NCBI GenBank assembly: GCA_019429125.1
Contig: JAHYJO010000004.1
Span: 156 to 64,155, forward strand
Length of the DNA: 64,000 bases
DNA from: Nanobdellati archaeon
GTDB lineage: Archaea; EX4484-52; GLR71
Direction of reading: 5' to 3'
In this document: piece by piece, positions 1 through 10,876 of the stretch
Layout: the number at the start of each line of letters is the position of its first letter
How positions within the stretch are numbered: position 1 is the stretch's first letter
Notes under the pieces: model-generated
What the model saw: the letters and a program-made list of their open reading frames with translations, nothing else
Database searches by the model: none
Told to the model about the DNA's origin: nothing
Made by a program: the position numbers and the translations under genes

Positions 1-87
1 TCCGCTTGATTGCGTTTATTATGTTTTTCACTTATTTTTTAATACTTTATTTGACAGTTGGTATGCCAAAATTAAAATAAGTTATAT

Positions 88-362
88 GGTTTGATCTATA
101 TTGAAATTCAGATTTAATTTAGACTAAAAATTAAAAAAATTTACCAAAATTAGCCAAATGAATTTAACAGTTGGGCTAAAATTTAGAAAAATTATAAAAA
201 AAAGAGACATTTAGTCTTATTTTTATTTCAAAATGAGTCTATTTTTAGTAAAAAATCAAGAAATTGTATGATTTAATCAAGCAAAAATGCTCAATAATTG
301 CCAACTGCCAAATAGGTTTTCAGAATGAAATAGACATTAAACTGTTAAACTTAAGTTATACT
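88..362 (+). repeat. Repeat family 2, copy A (~275 bp). An inverted copy lies at 39736..40095. Carries a truncated small ORF (MNLTVGLKF...) and TTTGRCAGTTGG motifs.
   Basis: Direct comparison shows near-identical stretches in 88-362 and the reverse complement of 39736-40095. Examples are 'gtttgatctatattgaaattcagatttaat', 'caaatgaatttaacagttggg', 'ttagtaaaaaatcaagaaatt' and 'gccaactgccaaata'. Confidence 0.6.
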
Positions 363-538
363 CTACAATTCCCAATAGTTCATCACTATCATCCCCCTTT
401 TTTGCCTAATTTATCCCTTTTGGGAATACCCAAACCTTTTTAAAGGTGCATTTCACTGATATATCTAGGTGTTAATGGGTCCCTTTTTGAGGGAACGATG
501 ATTATAAGGATACCCTAACACTATACAAAACACTTTAA

Positions 539-592
539 AGCCCGTCATCGTCAACAAAATTGAACGGTGATATTTTGCGTTACTGACGGGCT
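539..592. other. Stem-loop (9 bp stem AGCCCGTCA/TGACGGGCT, ~36 nt loop) in the intergenic region upstream of the DUF167 gene.
   Basis: An inverted repeat is visible in the sequence. Its function is unknown. Confidence 0.3.
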
Positions 593-646
593 ACATATTA
601 ACCCGCGCAAAAAAACAATTAAATAATTACGTGACAAATAATTGTT

Positions 647-907
647 ATGGGAACAGAGTGCGTACATCTTAACCTGACAGTAAAACTTAATAGTTCCAGA
701 TTCAAGATAGAATCTAAAGATGAAAACATACAGGTCTTTGTGACAGAGAAACCGAAAGATAATAAGGTCAACATTGAAATAATTAAGAACCTTGAAAGAC
801 TCTTAGGCAAGAATGTAAAAATAATAAATGGTTCTAAGAGCAAGAAAAAAATAATAAGAATAGAAGGCATAACGGAAGAAGTTGTTAGGCAGATGCTTGG
901 CATTTAA
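647..907 (+). CDS. DUF167/UPF0235 (YggU-like) small protein
   Basis: This 86 aa ORF has the pattern L.V.V.P......I.......V.V...P.....N..II..L...LG..V.I..G..S..K.I.I.G...E.V typical of the YggU/DUF167 family. Confidence 0.45.
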   Translation: MGTECVHLNLTVKLNSSRFKIESKDENIQVFVTEKPKDNKVNIEIIKNLERLLGKNVKIINGSKSKKKIIRIEGITEEVVRQMLGI

Positions 908-1035
908 TATTTACAGATTCAATATTTTACATATCATAATATCAAAGGATATAGACCCATAGACATCATAAGAATATTGGATTTTTAAAAATTATTTCTT
1001 AGTGCGCCTTCTTGTAAAAAATAGAGGTAATCCAA

Positions 1036-2352
1036 ATGGGAAAATTAGCACAGACATCAGTTAAATATTTGATTACTGCCGAATTTGAGGCAGAAGGAAC
1101 GGTTGAAAAACCAGATGTAATCGGAGCATTATTCGGTCAGAGCGAAGGACTTTTAGGACATGAACTTGATCTTCGTGAACTTCAGAGGACAGGAAGAATA
1201 GGAAGAATTGATGTTGAGGTCACAACTATAAAAGGTAAGTCAAAAGGAGACATAACAATTCCGTCTAGTCTTGACAGTACAGAGACTGCACTTATAGCTG
1301 CGACTATTGAGACAATAGAGCGGGTAGGTCCATGCGATGCAAAACTTTTTTGTAAGTCTATTGCAGACATAAGAGCTGTAAAGAGAAAACAGATAATTGA
1401 AAGGTCTAAGGTACTCCTAAAGGAACTTATGAAAGATGTTCCTGAGATATCTACACTTGCTGAAGAGCTTATGGAATCTGTAAGGTCTGCAGACATTACA
1501 AACTATAAAGGATGTCCGTCAGGACCAGATGTTGAAAGTAGCGATTCAATAATCGTATGTGAGGGTAGAGCAGATGTTTTAGTTCTTCTTAAGCATGGAA
1601 TAAAGAACGCAATAGCTATTGGTGGGACGGGTGTTCCTCCTGCAGTTGCACATCTTACAAAATCTAAAGAGACGACAGCATTCCTTGATGGGGACCGTGG
1701 TGGTGACCTGATATTTAAGGAACTTATGCAGGTCGGAGAAATTGATTTCATGGCTCGTGCGCCCTTCGGTAAGGAAGTTGAAGAGCTTACAAAGAAAGAG
1801 ATTTTCAAGGCATTGAGAGAAAAAGTGCCTTCTGAACAGGCGGTTGAACTTGCACCATTAAAAAGTAAGATTCATAAATTTGAAAGACCAGCCAATAAAC
1901 CTGCACATAATGTCACGACTGTTAGGATAATCCCGTCTTCAAAGAAAGGTGGTAAGGATATACCTGATAAGAAACATTCTGCACTGCTGAACCGTCCTGA
2001 AAGGTCTAATGATAGGCCCCCTGTCAGAGTTGTAACTGTGTCACCTATAACTAAAAAGAATGAGCTTTCAGAAGAGCAGAAAAAAGTATATGGTGAGCAG
2101 CTGAACGAGCTTATTGGCACACATGCTGCAAGTATATATGACAAGAAAAATAATTTTGCAGGAAGAGTGCCTGTCAAGAATCTTGAGACTGCACTGAAAC
2201 AGGTGGCAGAACCGTTGACTGTCATTGTTGATGCTGAAGTTGACAAGAAACTATGTAAGATGGTTGAGGATGCTGGCGCTGAAAATATTATCGCAATCAA
2301 AGTTAAAGAAAAGAGCGGTAAAGTGAATGTGTTTATACAGGAAAATCTTTGA
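1036..2352 (+). CDS. dnaG: Archaeal DnaG-type primase (Toprim domain)
   Basis: 438 aa. The Toprim motif IIVCEGRADVLVLLKHGIKNAIAIGGTG is present, plus a conserved archaeal DnaG N-terminus (EGLLGHELDLRELQ). An oligo-T tract follows the TGA stop. Confidence 0.85.
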   Translation: MGKLAQTSVKYLITAEFEAEGTVEKPDVIGALFGQSEGLLGHELDLRELQRTGRIGRIDVEVTTIKGKSKGDITIPSSLDSTETALIAATIETIERVGPCDAKLFCKSIADIRAVKRKQIIERSKVLLKELMKDVPEISTLAEELMESVRSADITNYKGCPSGPDVESSDSIIVCEGRADVLVLLKHGIKNAIAIGGTGVPPAVAHLTKSKETTAFLDGDRGGDLIFKELMQVGEIDFMARAPFGKEVEELTKKEIFKALREKVPSEQAVELAPLKSKIHKFERPANKPAHNVTTVRIIPSSKKGGKDIPDKKHSALLNRPERSNDRPPVRVVTVSPITKKNELSEEQKKVYGEQLNELIGTHAASIYDKKNNFAGRVPVKNLETALKQVAEPLTVIVDAEVDKKLCKMVEDAGAENIIAIKVKEKSGKVNVFIQENL

Positions 2353-2558
2353 TAAGATTGCGTTTTTTCTTATCTTTTTTTTATTTTTTTGAATTTTATT
2401 TATTATTATTATTTTTTTTTATTAATTCTGTTTAATTTATTTATTCTCGATTAATTTCTTATCAATTAATTTTTTTGTGATTATTATTTGTTTATTAATG
2501 TTTTTTTTGAGTATTTTTACATAATAATATAAATTATTTCTATCAACTACTAGCTGTA

Positions 2559-4004
2559 GTGATGTTTATGGCTGAAAATGATGTAAAAGATAAGAAGACA
2601 AAGTACCAGAAACTGGAAGATAAACTAGTTTTTAAGAAAAAGAGTGCATGGGAACAGTTTACAGATAAGCAGAAAAAAGATGCATTTACATTATGTGATG
2701 ATTATAAGTTATTTCTTGCCAAAGTAAAGACGGAACGAGAGGCAGTAACACAGATTAAGGTGTTTGCAAAAGATAAAGGCTTTTCTGAAATTGGAGAAGT
2801 AAATAAATTGATACCGGGCTCTAGAGTTTATGATATATTTAAGGACAAGAATGCGGCACTTATCATAGCTGGAAAGAAAGGGTTATCTGAAGGTGCAAGA
2901 ATAATAGTATCGCATATTGATTCTCCAAGGCTTGATCTTAAACCTAAACCGCTTTATGAGGATTCAGGGCTTGCTCTTATGAAGACACATTATTACGGCG
3001 GTATAAAAAAATATCAATGGGTGAATACACCACTTTCACTGCATGGTGTTGTTGTCAAGAAAGATGGTACAAAGGTGGAAATTAAGATAGGTGAAAATCC
3101 AAAAGATCCAGTATTTGTAGTGTCGGACCTTTTACCACATTTGTCATCAAAGGAACAAGATAAAAGAACTGTGTTAGATACAATAAAAGGCGAAGAACTT
3201 AACCTTATTGTCGGAAATATACCAGTTGACGATGATAAAATAAAACAGAAGATAAAGCTTGCTATCCTTGAACATCTTTTTGATAAATATGGTATTATTG
3301 AGGAAGATTTTGTGTCTGCTGAACTTGAAGCAGTACCTGCTGACGCACCACGTGATGTAGGTTTTGATAGGGCTTTTGTGGGCGCTTACGGTCAGGATGA
3401 CAGAGTTTCTGCGTTTACGTCATGTGTAGCAATTGATACAGTTAAAGTACCAGAACATACAGTTGTTGTCCTTTTCTATGATAAGGAAGAGATAGGTAGT
3501 GTGGGAAATACAGGGTCACGTTCAAATTATATTGAATATCTATTTGGTAGGGTTCTTGAAAAGTTAGGTGAAGACATGTCTTCGCATAATATACGAAAAT
3601 GTCTTATTAATTCTTTTGCAATTTCTGCAGATGTTTCAGCGGCTGTCAATCCAACATTTAAGAGTGTAAATGACATGCTTAATGCACATTTATCAGGGTA
3701 TGGTGTTGCGCTTGAAAAATATAATGGTGCTGGCGGTAAATATTCTGCAAGTGATGCGAGCGCGGAGCTTGTAGGAACTATACGCAACCTGTTTATTGAT
3801 AAAGGGGTGCCATGGCAGGCAGGCGAATTAGGTAAAGTTGATGAAGGTGGTGGCACAACTATCGCAGTATTTTTTGCAAATCATGGTATGGATATAATTG
3901 ATGTGGGTGTTCCTATTTTAGGTATGCACTCGCCGTTTGAGATAGTATCTAAAGCAGACATATATTCTGCATATCTTGCTTATATGGCATTTTTAGGATT
4001 ATAG
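2559..4004 (+). CDS. M18-family aminopeptidase (aspartyl aminopeptidase-like)
   Basis: 481 aa. The SHIDSPRLDLKPK motif and the overall length match M18 metallo-aminopeptidases. Confidence 0.7.
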   Translation: MMFMAENDVKDKKTKYQKLEDKLVFKKKSAWEQFTDKQKKDAFTLCDDYKLFLAKVKTEREAVTQIKVFAKDKGFSEIGEVNKLIPGSRVYDIFKDKNAALIIAGKKGLSEGARIIVSHIDSPRLDLKPKPLYEDSGLALMKTHYYGGIKKYQWVNTPLSLHGVVVKKDGTKVEIKIGENPKDPVFVVSDLLPHLSSKEQDKRTVLDTIKGEELNLIVGNIPVDDDKIKQKIKLAILEHLFDKYGIIEEDFVSAELEAVPADAPRDVGFDRAFVGAYGQDDRVSAFTSCVAIDTVKVPEHTVVVLFYDKEEIGSVGNTGSRSNYIEYLFGRVLEKLGEDMSSHNIRKCLINSFAISADVSAAVNPTFKSVNDMLNAHLSGYGVALEKYNGAGGKYSASDASAELVGTIRNLFIDKGVPWQAGELGKVDEGGGTTIAVFFANHGMDIIDVGVPILGMHSPFEIVSKADIYSAYLAYMAFLGL

Positions 4005-4007
4005 GTT

Positions 4008-5408
4008 GTGTGGACCGTTATGGATATGCAAATAAAAAGGGCACTTGAGGCTGTAATGACTAAAGGTGCTAAATATGCTGATATCCGAAGTTCAGACAGT
4101 AGTAATACTACAATTACTCAGAAAAATGGCAAGATTGAAGACATGACAACTGGCAATTCATTTGCTGTCGGTATACGTGTCCTTTACAAGGGTTCTTGGG
4201 GGTTTGCGTCAACAAATGATATGTCTTCTCTTTTGGGTGTGGCAGATACTGCGTTTCGTATAGCTAAATCTATACAGGCCGCAAATAATAATAAAGATAT
4301 AGTTCTTGCTGATGCCAAGACTGTTGATATGACAATAGAGCCTAATTATAAGACTAATATACAAGATGTATCAATTGATGAACGTGTTGGGTTTATACGG
4401 GATGGGTACAAAGGTGCGACTGGTGCGTCTCCTGAGATAAAATCTGTCCAGATATCTTATTCTGATTCTTATGCTAAAAAAATATTTGCAAATACTGAAG
4501 GTTCGTACATAACTTCAAGTCCACAATATTTCAGGTATTATGTATTTTCAAATGCACGGCGTGGGAATCGCATCGAACAGTCTTATGACCGATGCGCGTC
4601 ATTTTCTGGAATTGATGAACTCATGCAGAAAGATCCAGCAAAGATTGCAGTGAGTTCGTCAAATAAAGCATTAATGTTACTTGATGCAGAACTGCCACCA
4701 TCTGGTATGATGTCTGCAATACTTCATCCTGAGGTGGGAGGAGTATTTGTGCATGAGGCTGTAGGTCATGCGTCTGAGGGAGACCATGCGCAGCGAGAGT
4801 CAATATTTACGTCAAAACTCGGCGAAAAGCTCGGTTCTGAAAAGCTAAATATTGTTGATGACTCTACATTTTTTGGAAAACATGGGTCATACAAATATGA
4901 TGATGAAGGCGTGCGTAGCAAAAAGACACAGATATTTAAAAATGGAGTTCTTGAGTCATATCTGCATTCAAGAGAGACTGCAGGCTTTATGGGTGTTGCA
5001 TCTACTGGGAACTGTCGCGCACAGTCACCTGAATTTATGCCTATTGTTCGTATGAGTAATACTTATTTTGACAAGGGAGATATGGAGCAGGATGAAATGA
5101 TTGAGGGTGTCAAAAAGGGCATATATATGGCAGGGTTCAAAGGTGGGCAGGTGGATACAACGGGTGGCACGTTCACTTTCGCTGTAGAGCATGGATACCT
5201 TATAGAGAACGGTAAGAAGACAAAGCTTGTGAAAGATTGCGCCATGAGTAGCCATATACTTGATGTGCTTAAAAACATTGATGGGGTGGGAAACAAGTTA
5301 TATGTTGACAGTCTTGGCTACTGTGGTAAAGATGGGCAGATGGTAGCTGTGTGTGATGGTGGACCATATTTAAGAGTAAATAATATTTTGGTAGGTGGAC
5401 AGAAATGA
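4008..5408 (+). CDS. tldD: TldD metalloprotease
   Basis: 466 aa with a GTG start. HEAVGHASEGD zinc-binding motif. Overlaps the downstream pmbA-like gene by 4 nt (ATGA). Confidence 0.8.
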   Translation: MWTVMDMQIKRALEAVMTKGAKYADIRSSDSSNTTITQKNGKIEDMTTGNSFAVGIRVLYKGSWGFASTNDMSSLLGVADTAFRIAKSIQAANNNKDIVLADAKTVDMTIEPNYKTNIQDVSIDERVGFIRDGYKGATGASPEIKSVQISYSDSYAKKIFANTEGSYITSSPQYFRYYVFSNARRGNRIEQSYDRCASFSGIDELMQKDPAKIAVSSSNKALMLLDAELPPSGMMSAILHPEVGGVFVHEAVGHASEGDHAQRESIFTSKLGEKLGSEKLNIVDDSTFFGKHGSYKYDDEGVRSKKTQIFKNGVLESYLHSRETAGFMGVASTGNCRAQSPEFMPIVRMSNTYFDKGDMEQDEMIEGVKKGIYMAGFKGGQVDTTGGTFTFAVEHGYLIENGKKTKLVKDCAMSSHILDVLKNIDGVGNKLYVDSLGYCGKDGQMVAVCDGGPYLRVNNILVGGQK

Positions 5409-6706
5409 TTGAGGTCATTGAAAAAACAATACGAAAATATAAGGGTGTACCTCTTGAATTTTTTGGTAGTAGCAATAAGTCAATGTCGATTGAGATGAAG
5501 ATGGATAAGATATCGTCTTCTGAAATGTCAGTTTCAAAAGGTATCGGCGTAAAGGCAATAGTTGGTGGTCGTGCAGGTTTTTCATATAATAGTGATATTT
5601 ATTCCGTTGAGGATGCTGTAAAGTCGGCTATGATTAATGCCAAGCATTCGGAGCTTAAACAGGATAGTTTTCCTATAGCGCAAAAGATGAAGGATATAGA
5701 AGGTATTTATGATTATAGGATTCGAAGTATGAATCCTGAGGAACTTGTAAGTTTATCAGTGAAGTTAAGGGATAAATTGAAAGAGCGGAACAATAGTCTT
5801 AAAGTGAATGATTCTGTTTTTGAAGCTGGGTCAAGCGATGACTTTTTGGTCAATTCAAACGGTGTCTCTTATACTTCTAAATATACAGGTATATCTGGTA
5901 TGGTGGAAGCAGTATATAAGAATTCATCTGGCGGGGCAAGCATGGGTGCACCGACTATAAAAGGATTTAATATAGACTATCTGTCTGAGAAAGCTGCAAG
6001 GCTTGCAGTCTCTGGGGTGGGTAGGAAGAAAATAAGGAGTGGTAAACAGATGGTCTTGATTGATTCAGATGTTTTAGAATCTCTTTTTGAGAGCACGTTG
6101 TATCCATCTATAAATGCTGACATGGTTCAGAAAGGACAGTCGACACTCAAAGGAAAGATAGGACAACAGATAGGTTCTTCAGGTTTCGATATTATTGATT
6201 CTGGACGTATTGAATCTGGGCTTTGTTCATCGGCTTTTGACCGGGATGGGACAAAATCTCAGGAGACGAGCATAATGTCATCAGGAATTCTTAAAGGTTT
6301 CATATATGATTATGTGACTGCAATGTGTGATGGAAAAAAATCTACAGGTAATGCTTCAGGTGGGTTCGGATCTATGGCATCTATATCACCGACAAATGTA
6401 CTGCTTAAATATTCGGAATTGATGAAATTTGATAATATGATTTCAGGGATTAAGGATGGGATAATTATTTATGAGGTACTGGGTGCGCATACTGCAAACC
6501 ATATAACTGGTGATTTCAGCCTTTCAATCAATAAAGGATTTAAGATTATTGATGGCGAAGTTGCATATCCAGTCAAGAATGCTATGTTTGCAGGTAATGT
6601 GTTTGAATTACTTAAGAGTGTATCTTGTTTCGGTGATGATGTGCGCCAGAGCGGGCATCTGATTGCGCCGACAATTGCTTTCTCTGGGCAGAAGATAGTT
6701 GGGTGA
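5405..6706 (+). CDS. pmbA: PmbA/TldE (TldD partner protease subunit)
   Basis: 433 aa. PmbA/TldD-fold protein translationally coupled to tldD. Confidence 0.75.
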   Translation: MIEVIEKTIRKYKGVPLEFFGSSNKSMSIEMKMDKISSSEMSVSKGIGVKAIVGGRAGFSYNSDIYSVEDAVKSAMINAKHSELKQDSFPIAQKMKDIEGIYDYRIRSMNPEELVSLSVKLRDKLKERNNSLKVNDSVFEAGSSDDFLVNSNGVSYTSKYTGISGMVEAVYKNSSGGASMGAPTIKGFNIDYLSEKAARLAVSGVGRKKIRSGKQMVLIDSDVLESLFESTLYPSINADMVQKGQSTLKGKIGQQIGSSGFDIIDSGRIESGLCSSAFDRDGTKSQETSIMSSGILKGFIYDYVTAMCDGKKSTGNASGGFGSMASISPTNVLLKYSELMKFDNMISGIKDGIIIYEVLGAHTANHITGDFSLSINKGFKIIDGEVAYPVKNAMFAGNVFELLKSVSCFGDDVRQSGHLIAPTIAFSGQKIVG

Positions 6707-6718
6707 ATTGTTTTTAAT

Positions 6719-7789
6719 TTATTCAAATGAAAACTGTGATAATCTTTTTATACCTGTTCCTTTCATAAGAACTGTGTCTTCCAGTCTTATTCCGAACTCT
6801 CCAGGAAAATAGATTGCTGGCTCAAGCGTGAAGACCATGTCTTTTTCAAGGCGGTGGGTGGACTTTTCTGATATTATTGGATATTCATGCCCGTCAAGAC
6901 CTACACCGTGACCTAGGCTGTGAACATTGCTGTAGCTTGTGTCTTTATAGCCGGCCATCTCAAGATGATTGCTCGCAAAAAGTGCAATGTCTGAAGCTCT
7001 TATGTCAGGTTCCATTATGTCGTCTAGGCGGTTGTGCAAAGTTATAAGCGTGTTCATCGCTCTTTGAATCTTTTCATCTTTTTTTAGTATGAATGTACGT
7101 GTGACGTCAGATGTGTAACGATTGTTTTTTATGCCGAAGTCAATGAGCACTATATTTTTGAAATGATTGTTTTTGGGGATATGGTGGATGTTTGCAGAAT
7201 TTTCGTCACCTGCGACAAGTGTGTTAAAGGACCATTCAGCACTTGTGTTTACAATTGTTTTTTGTATCTCTTGTTTTAGGAGGAGTTCATTTTGTGGAAA
7301 TCGTCCTTCTCGTACTTCTTTTAATATTCTGTCTGACAAAAGGCAGGCGGATCTTATGTTTTCAATCTCTTGAGGTTCTTTTATTGCTCTTATTTCCATA
7401 AGGTTGTGTTTTATATCTTTAATCTTTAGGTGCGGAAGTTTTAGCTTTAGCTGTTCAACAAATGAATATCTTATGTTTCCGTCAATGCCTATGACCTTTT
7501 TCTCAAGAGTGCGTTGTTTTAGGTAGTCTGATATTGTTGTGTTCAATATGGTTGTACAATTTTTTACGGCTGATTCTTTCTTTGCTTTTATGCATTCCCA
7601 GGTGAGGAGCATTTCATCATCAGGGGTCACTATGTAAAAGTTTGGGCCGCAGTCGTCGTATTCTGTAAAATAGTACAGGTTTGGTGAGCTGTGGTCAAAA
7701 GAAGGGATGAGGATTGCATCAAGATTTTTTTCATTCATTAAATCTCGTAGTTTTTGAATTCTTTCAATGTGTCCCATAATAGTCGCCAA
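6719..7789 (-). CDS. M24-family Xaa-Pro aminopeptidase/prolidase
   Basis: 356 aa. Pita-bread fold motifs HGVGLDGHEYP and GIRLEDTVL. Confidence 0.75.
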   Translation of the reverse strand: MATIMGHIERIQKLRDLMNEKNLDAILIPSFDHSSPNLYYFTEYDDCGPNFYIVTPDDEMLLTWECIKAKKESAVKNCTTILNTTISDYLKQRTLEKKVIGIDGNIRYSFVEQLKLKLPHLKIKDIKHNLMEIRAIKEPQEIENIRSACLLSDRILKEVREGRFPQNELLLKQEIQKTIVNTSAEWSFNTLVAGDENSANIHHIPKNNHFKNIVLIDFGIKNNRYTSDVTRTFILKKDEKIQRAMNTLITLHNRLDDIMEPDIRASDIALFASNHLEMAGYKDTSYSNVHSLGHGVGLDGHEYPIISEKSTHRLEKDMVFTLEPAIYFPGEFGIRLEDTVLMKGTGIKRLSQFSFE

Positions 7790-7798
7790 ACCATAATA

Positions 7799-9112
7799 TT
7801 ATTTTGTCATCTCTTTTTTCAAGAGCGTAACCATTGCGTCAAGTGTGCGCCTTTCAATCAGAATATTAGTTTCTGGCATCTTTTCTTCGTATAAAGTCTT
7901 GTCAAAAAGTTGTACTAAGTTAATGTCTAATTTTTTGCAGGCGTTTTTTAGAGCTATGTAACTTTCGGATTCTGGTTTGAAATAGCATAGATATTTTTTG
8001 TATTTGTGTGCTTTAAGATAATTTTCAATTCGTTTCTGGGTTATTTCTATGTATATTTTTTTTAGGTCAGCTGTCTCTTGCCATTCGGGCCAGTCGTAGT
8101 GCGCAAATGGATATTTGGATTCAAATTCGCGAGGTATGATTCCTGGATTGGATATCATTACTTGGTGTAACCTCGCGTAGAAGTGCATGTTTTGGATGCG
8201 TTTAAGGATGTCTTTATGGGTTCTTGACTGAGAATATGGTTTTCTGAATGCGCAAGGCAAGAAAAGTATGGTGTCTTTGATTTTTGGAGGTGTATAGAAT
8301 CTTTGGAAATAGTCTTGCCAGATTTCATAATATGGATGGGTCAGATTTTTTTCGTTTGCGCCTTTAAGTTCACATTTTAGTTTTTCTGGGATTCTTGGTG
8401 TGAATGTGAATGTTTCAAAATCTAGCTCTACTTTTTTGTTGGTTTTCCATTTATCTGTCATGTTTTCAAATTGTTTTATGTCAAGCGGTTTCCATTTTAA
8501 ATCTAGGTAAAGCTTTATCATCTCTGCACTTGAGTGAGGGTAAAGGTTTATCAATACTATTGAATCTGAATGTTTCAACGCAAAATCGACTGATGTGTCA
8601 AGTGAGGCCTGTATGTCTTTTACATATGGTGGGTTAACGAGGAGGTAAGTTCTCACCTTTCCGTTGTTGTTGTGGATTGTCTCTGTGGCTTTTTCGTATT
8701 GTGTTATTGTGAAACCTTTCTTTATCTGTTTTAGTGTATCATTGTCTGCAACCTCAAGACCTATCGCTACTGTATAAGTTATATCTTTGAAAGTTTTTAG
8801 TGAGTCGTCTGTTATAAATTCAGGGCGGGATTCAAAAAGAAGCGTTTTTATTTTGTGTGTTTTACATAACTGTGCTAAGTAGTCTCTTGATTCTTTTGGG
8901 AATTGTTTTTCGTCAAGAAGACTGCCTGAACCGAAGATTTTTATGGTCTGTGTGGTGGAATCTACTATCTTGAAAAAGCCGTCAAGGTCGCGGTTGACGT
9001 TTTCGGTGTTGGCTTCAAAGCCTTCAATCTTACCATAACCACAGTAAATGCAGTTACTCCAGGAACATTTCCCGCTCTTTAATATGAATGTTTTTGATGT
9101 TTCAGATGACAT
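7799..9112 (-). CDS. Radical SAM-like protein (atypical C-x4-C-x2-C cluster motif) with an uncharacterised C-terminal domain. May be tRNA-modification related (RaSEA-like).
   Basis: 437 aa. The GKCSWSNCIYCGYG cysteine triad lies near the N-terminus with a TIM-barrel-like continuation. The gene lies 2.7 kb from arcTGT. The function assignment is tentative. Confidence 0.45.
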   Translation of the reverse strand: MSSETSKTFILKSGKCSWSNCIYCGYGKIEGFEANTENVNRDLDGFFKIVDSTTQTIKIFGSGSLLDEKQFPKESRDYLAQLCKTHKIKTLLFESRPEFITDDSLKTFKDITYTVAIGLEVADNDTLKQIKKGFTITQYEKATETIHNNNGKVRTYLLVNPPYVKDIQASLDTSVDFALKHSDSIVLINLYPHSSAEMIKLYLDLKWKPLDIKQFENMTDKWKTNKKVELDFETFTFTPRIPEKLKCELKGANEKNLTHPYYEIWQDYFQRFYTPPKIKDTILFLPCAFRKPYSQSRTHKDILKRIQNMHFYARLHQVMISNPGIIPREFESKYPFAHYDWPEWQETADLKKIYIEITQKRIENYLKAHKYKKYLCYFKPESESYIALKNACKKLDINLVQLFDKTLYEEKMPETNILIERRTLDAMVTLLKKEMTK

Positions 9113-9169
9113 AAGGTTTTAATTGGTGGGTTATTTTTATAAATTGGTATTTGGTGTGGTTTAATATTT

Positions 9170-10042
9170 TCAGCCGATTATCACAAAATATGCGCCTAAA
9201 AGTGTTATAATGCAAGCTATGGATTTCTTTAAAATACAGTCTTCATGGAATAGTTCACCGCCTATTATTGTTGATATCAGAGTGCTTGTTCTTTTTATTG
9301 GTATCACAAGACTTACAAAGGCCATTGATATTGCTTGCGCTTGGAATAGTCGGTATGAAGTGGTCAGTATCGCAACAACCAATATCCAATATCCTGCATT
9401 TTTTATGCCTCGTCTTATTCCAGCTATACCATCATGGAAGAAAGTTATCATTACAAGGAAGTTGACTGCTAGAAAAAATTGCACGACTATTATGTATGTC
9501 ACAGGAGATATTGAAGTTAAGATGATCTTGTCGCCCATTGAGCTGAATGCGTAAAGTATGAGCGCAACAAAGATGTATATTGTGTGTTTTGAATTGAACA
9601 TGTTTCTTATAGGGTCAAGGATGTTTTGGAAACCATGGTTAATTTCTAGGATGTATGAGCCAAAAATTAAAAGAAGTATACCTGATATCTGGACTGCGGT
9701 TATCTTTTCCCCAAGGATGAAAAATGCGAGTATTGCCACAAAGACAGGTCCGAAATTGAGCAATGGCGACGCTTGAGATATGTCCATGTGCCTTAAGCTT
9801 TTTGCAATTAGGAGAAATGCAATGCTACCTATACAGGAGACCCCGAAAGCTATAAGGTAATATTTGGTTGTCATCTGTGAAAAATCAGCGTGTATGATGA
9901 GTGGAGTGACTATAATAAAATTAAATATTGCAAGCACTGTTGAAAATTCCATGGCGTGCTGCTTTCTTAATGTCTTTTTTTCTACAATGGATGATATGCC
10001 ACCAAAGATTGCGCAAAGTCCTGCAAAGATGTACCATTCCAT
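9170..10042 (-). CDS. EamA/DMT-family membrane transporter
   Basis: 290 aa with about 10 predicted TM helices and two EamA-like halves. Confidence 0.6.
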   Translation of the reverse strand: MEWYIFAGLCAIFGGISSIVEKKTLRKQHAMEFSTVLAIFNFIIVTPLIIHADFSQMTTKYYLIAFGVSCIGSIAFLLIAKSLRHMDISQASPLLNFGPVFVAILAFFILGEKITAVQISGILLLIFGSYILEINHGFQNILDPIRNMFNSKHTIYIFVALILYAFSSMGDKIILTSISPVTYIIVVQFFLAVNFLVMITFFHDGIAGIRRGIKNAGYWILVVAILTTSYRLFQAQAISMAFVSLVIPIKRTSTLISTIIGGELFHEDCILKKSIACIITLLGAYFVIIG

Positions 10043-10088
10043 AACTATCTTTATATAAATGGTATATTGTAGTTTATATCTCTCTGAC

Positions 10089-10601
10089 CTACCATAACTT
10101 TTCTACAGTAAATCCGGTCTCTTTCAAGAATTGTTTTATTTTATAATTTAATTCCTTTACGAGATATTTTTGTTGGGGGCCCATTGCCCAGAATGAAAGT
10201 TTGAGTATCATGTAATCAGGGTTTGTAATTTCTAAAGTTCCGTATTTGGTTCTGCCTTTTTTTATTACGAATCTGCCTTTTATGTCTTCGTCAAGTTCTG
10301 TTGTCTGTTCAATTTGGGGGGTTGCAGCTGTAGGTCTTGTGCGCACTTGCTGTGAGTTTACTGGCGCAATGTAGTCAGTTTCAGTCCTGTGCTCAGTTTT
10401 ATATTTTTGATATTTTTTGAGTTCTATAGGGTTCATACGTACGTCTTTTATTGTAAGTTCTGAACTGCAGTATGGACAGGATTCAATTTCGTTCTCGGCG
10501 TTCCAATTGAAGATCCTATCACATTTTTTACATATAACTTTTAGTTTCATATAAATATAATATAAGTATCTATCATTATATAGTTTTTGGTTTTTAGGCA
10601 C
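10089..10601 (-). CDS. Zinc-ribbon protein (hypothetical)
   Basis: CKKCDR...CPYCSS forms a Cys4 ribbon. The likely start is the internal Met (MKLKVICKKCD). Confidence 0.4.
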   Translation of the reverse strand: MPKNQKLYNDRYLYYIYMKLKVICKKCDRIFNWNAENEIESCPYCSSELTIKDVRMNPIELKKYQKYKTEHRTETDYIAPVNSQQVRTRPTAATPQIEQTTELDEDIKGRFVIKKGRTKYGTLEITNPDYMILKLSFWAMGPQQKYLVKELNYKIKQFLKETGFTVEKLW

Positions 10602-10876
10602 AGTTCATTTTTTGAGTGATTTTAAACAAAATGTATTTAATTAAATACCTTAATTTCTTTTGTAATTCGACGGGAAATGTGTATATTAAATGGATCTCTG
10701 CAGGAGTTTATAAACAAAAAATATTTAAAAAATATTCAAAATCACTCACTTTTTGGAAAGTGCCGGTTTTTATAGTTAGATAAAATTGTGAGATAACCAA
10801 AAAGTATATATAGTTAGGATGCATAAATGTTAATTATATTTGTATAGTGAGATATTAGTATGGTTGTGTATATGTT

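Noticed and set aside
498-592. C/D-box sRNA or other ncRNA in the 1-640 spacer
   Set aside because: Only a generic hairpin and imperfect ATGATTA/CTGA boxes about 90 nt apart were found. The spacing is wrong for a C/D sRNA.
1182-2300. Minus-strand ORFs inside dnaG (1182..1496, 1503..1808, 1872..2300)
   Set aside because: They are antisense to a well-supported primase gene.
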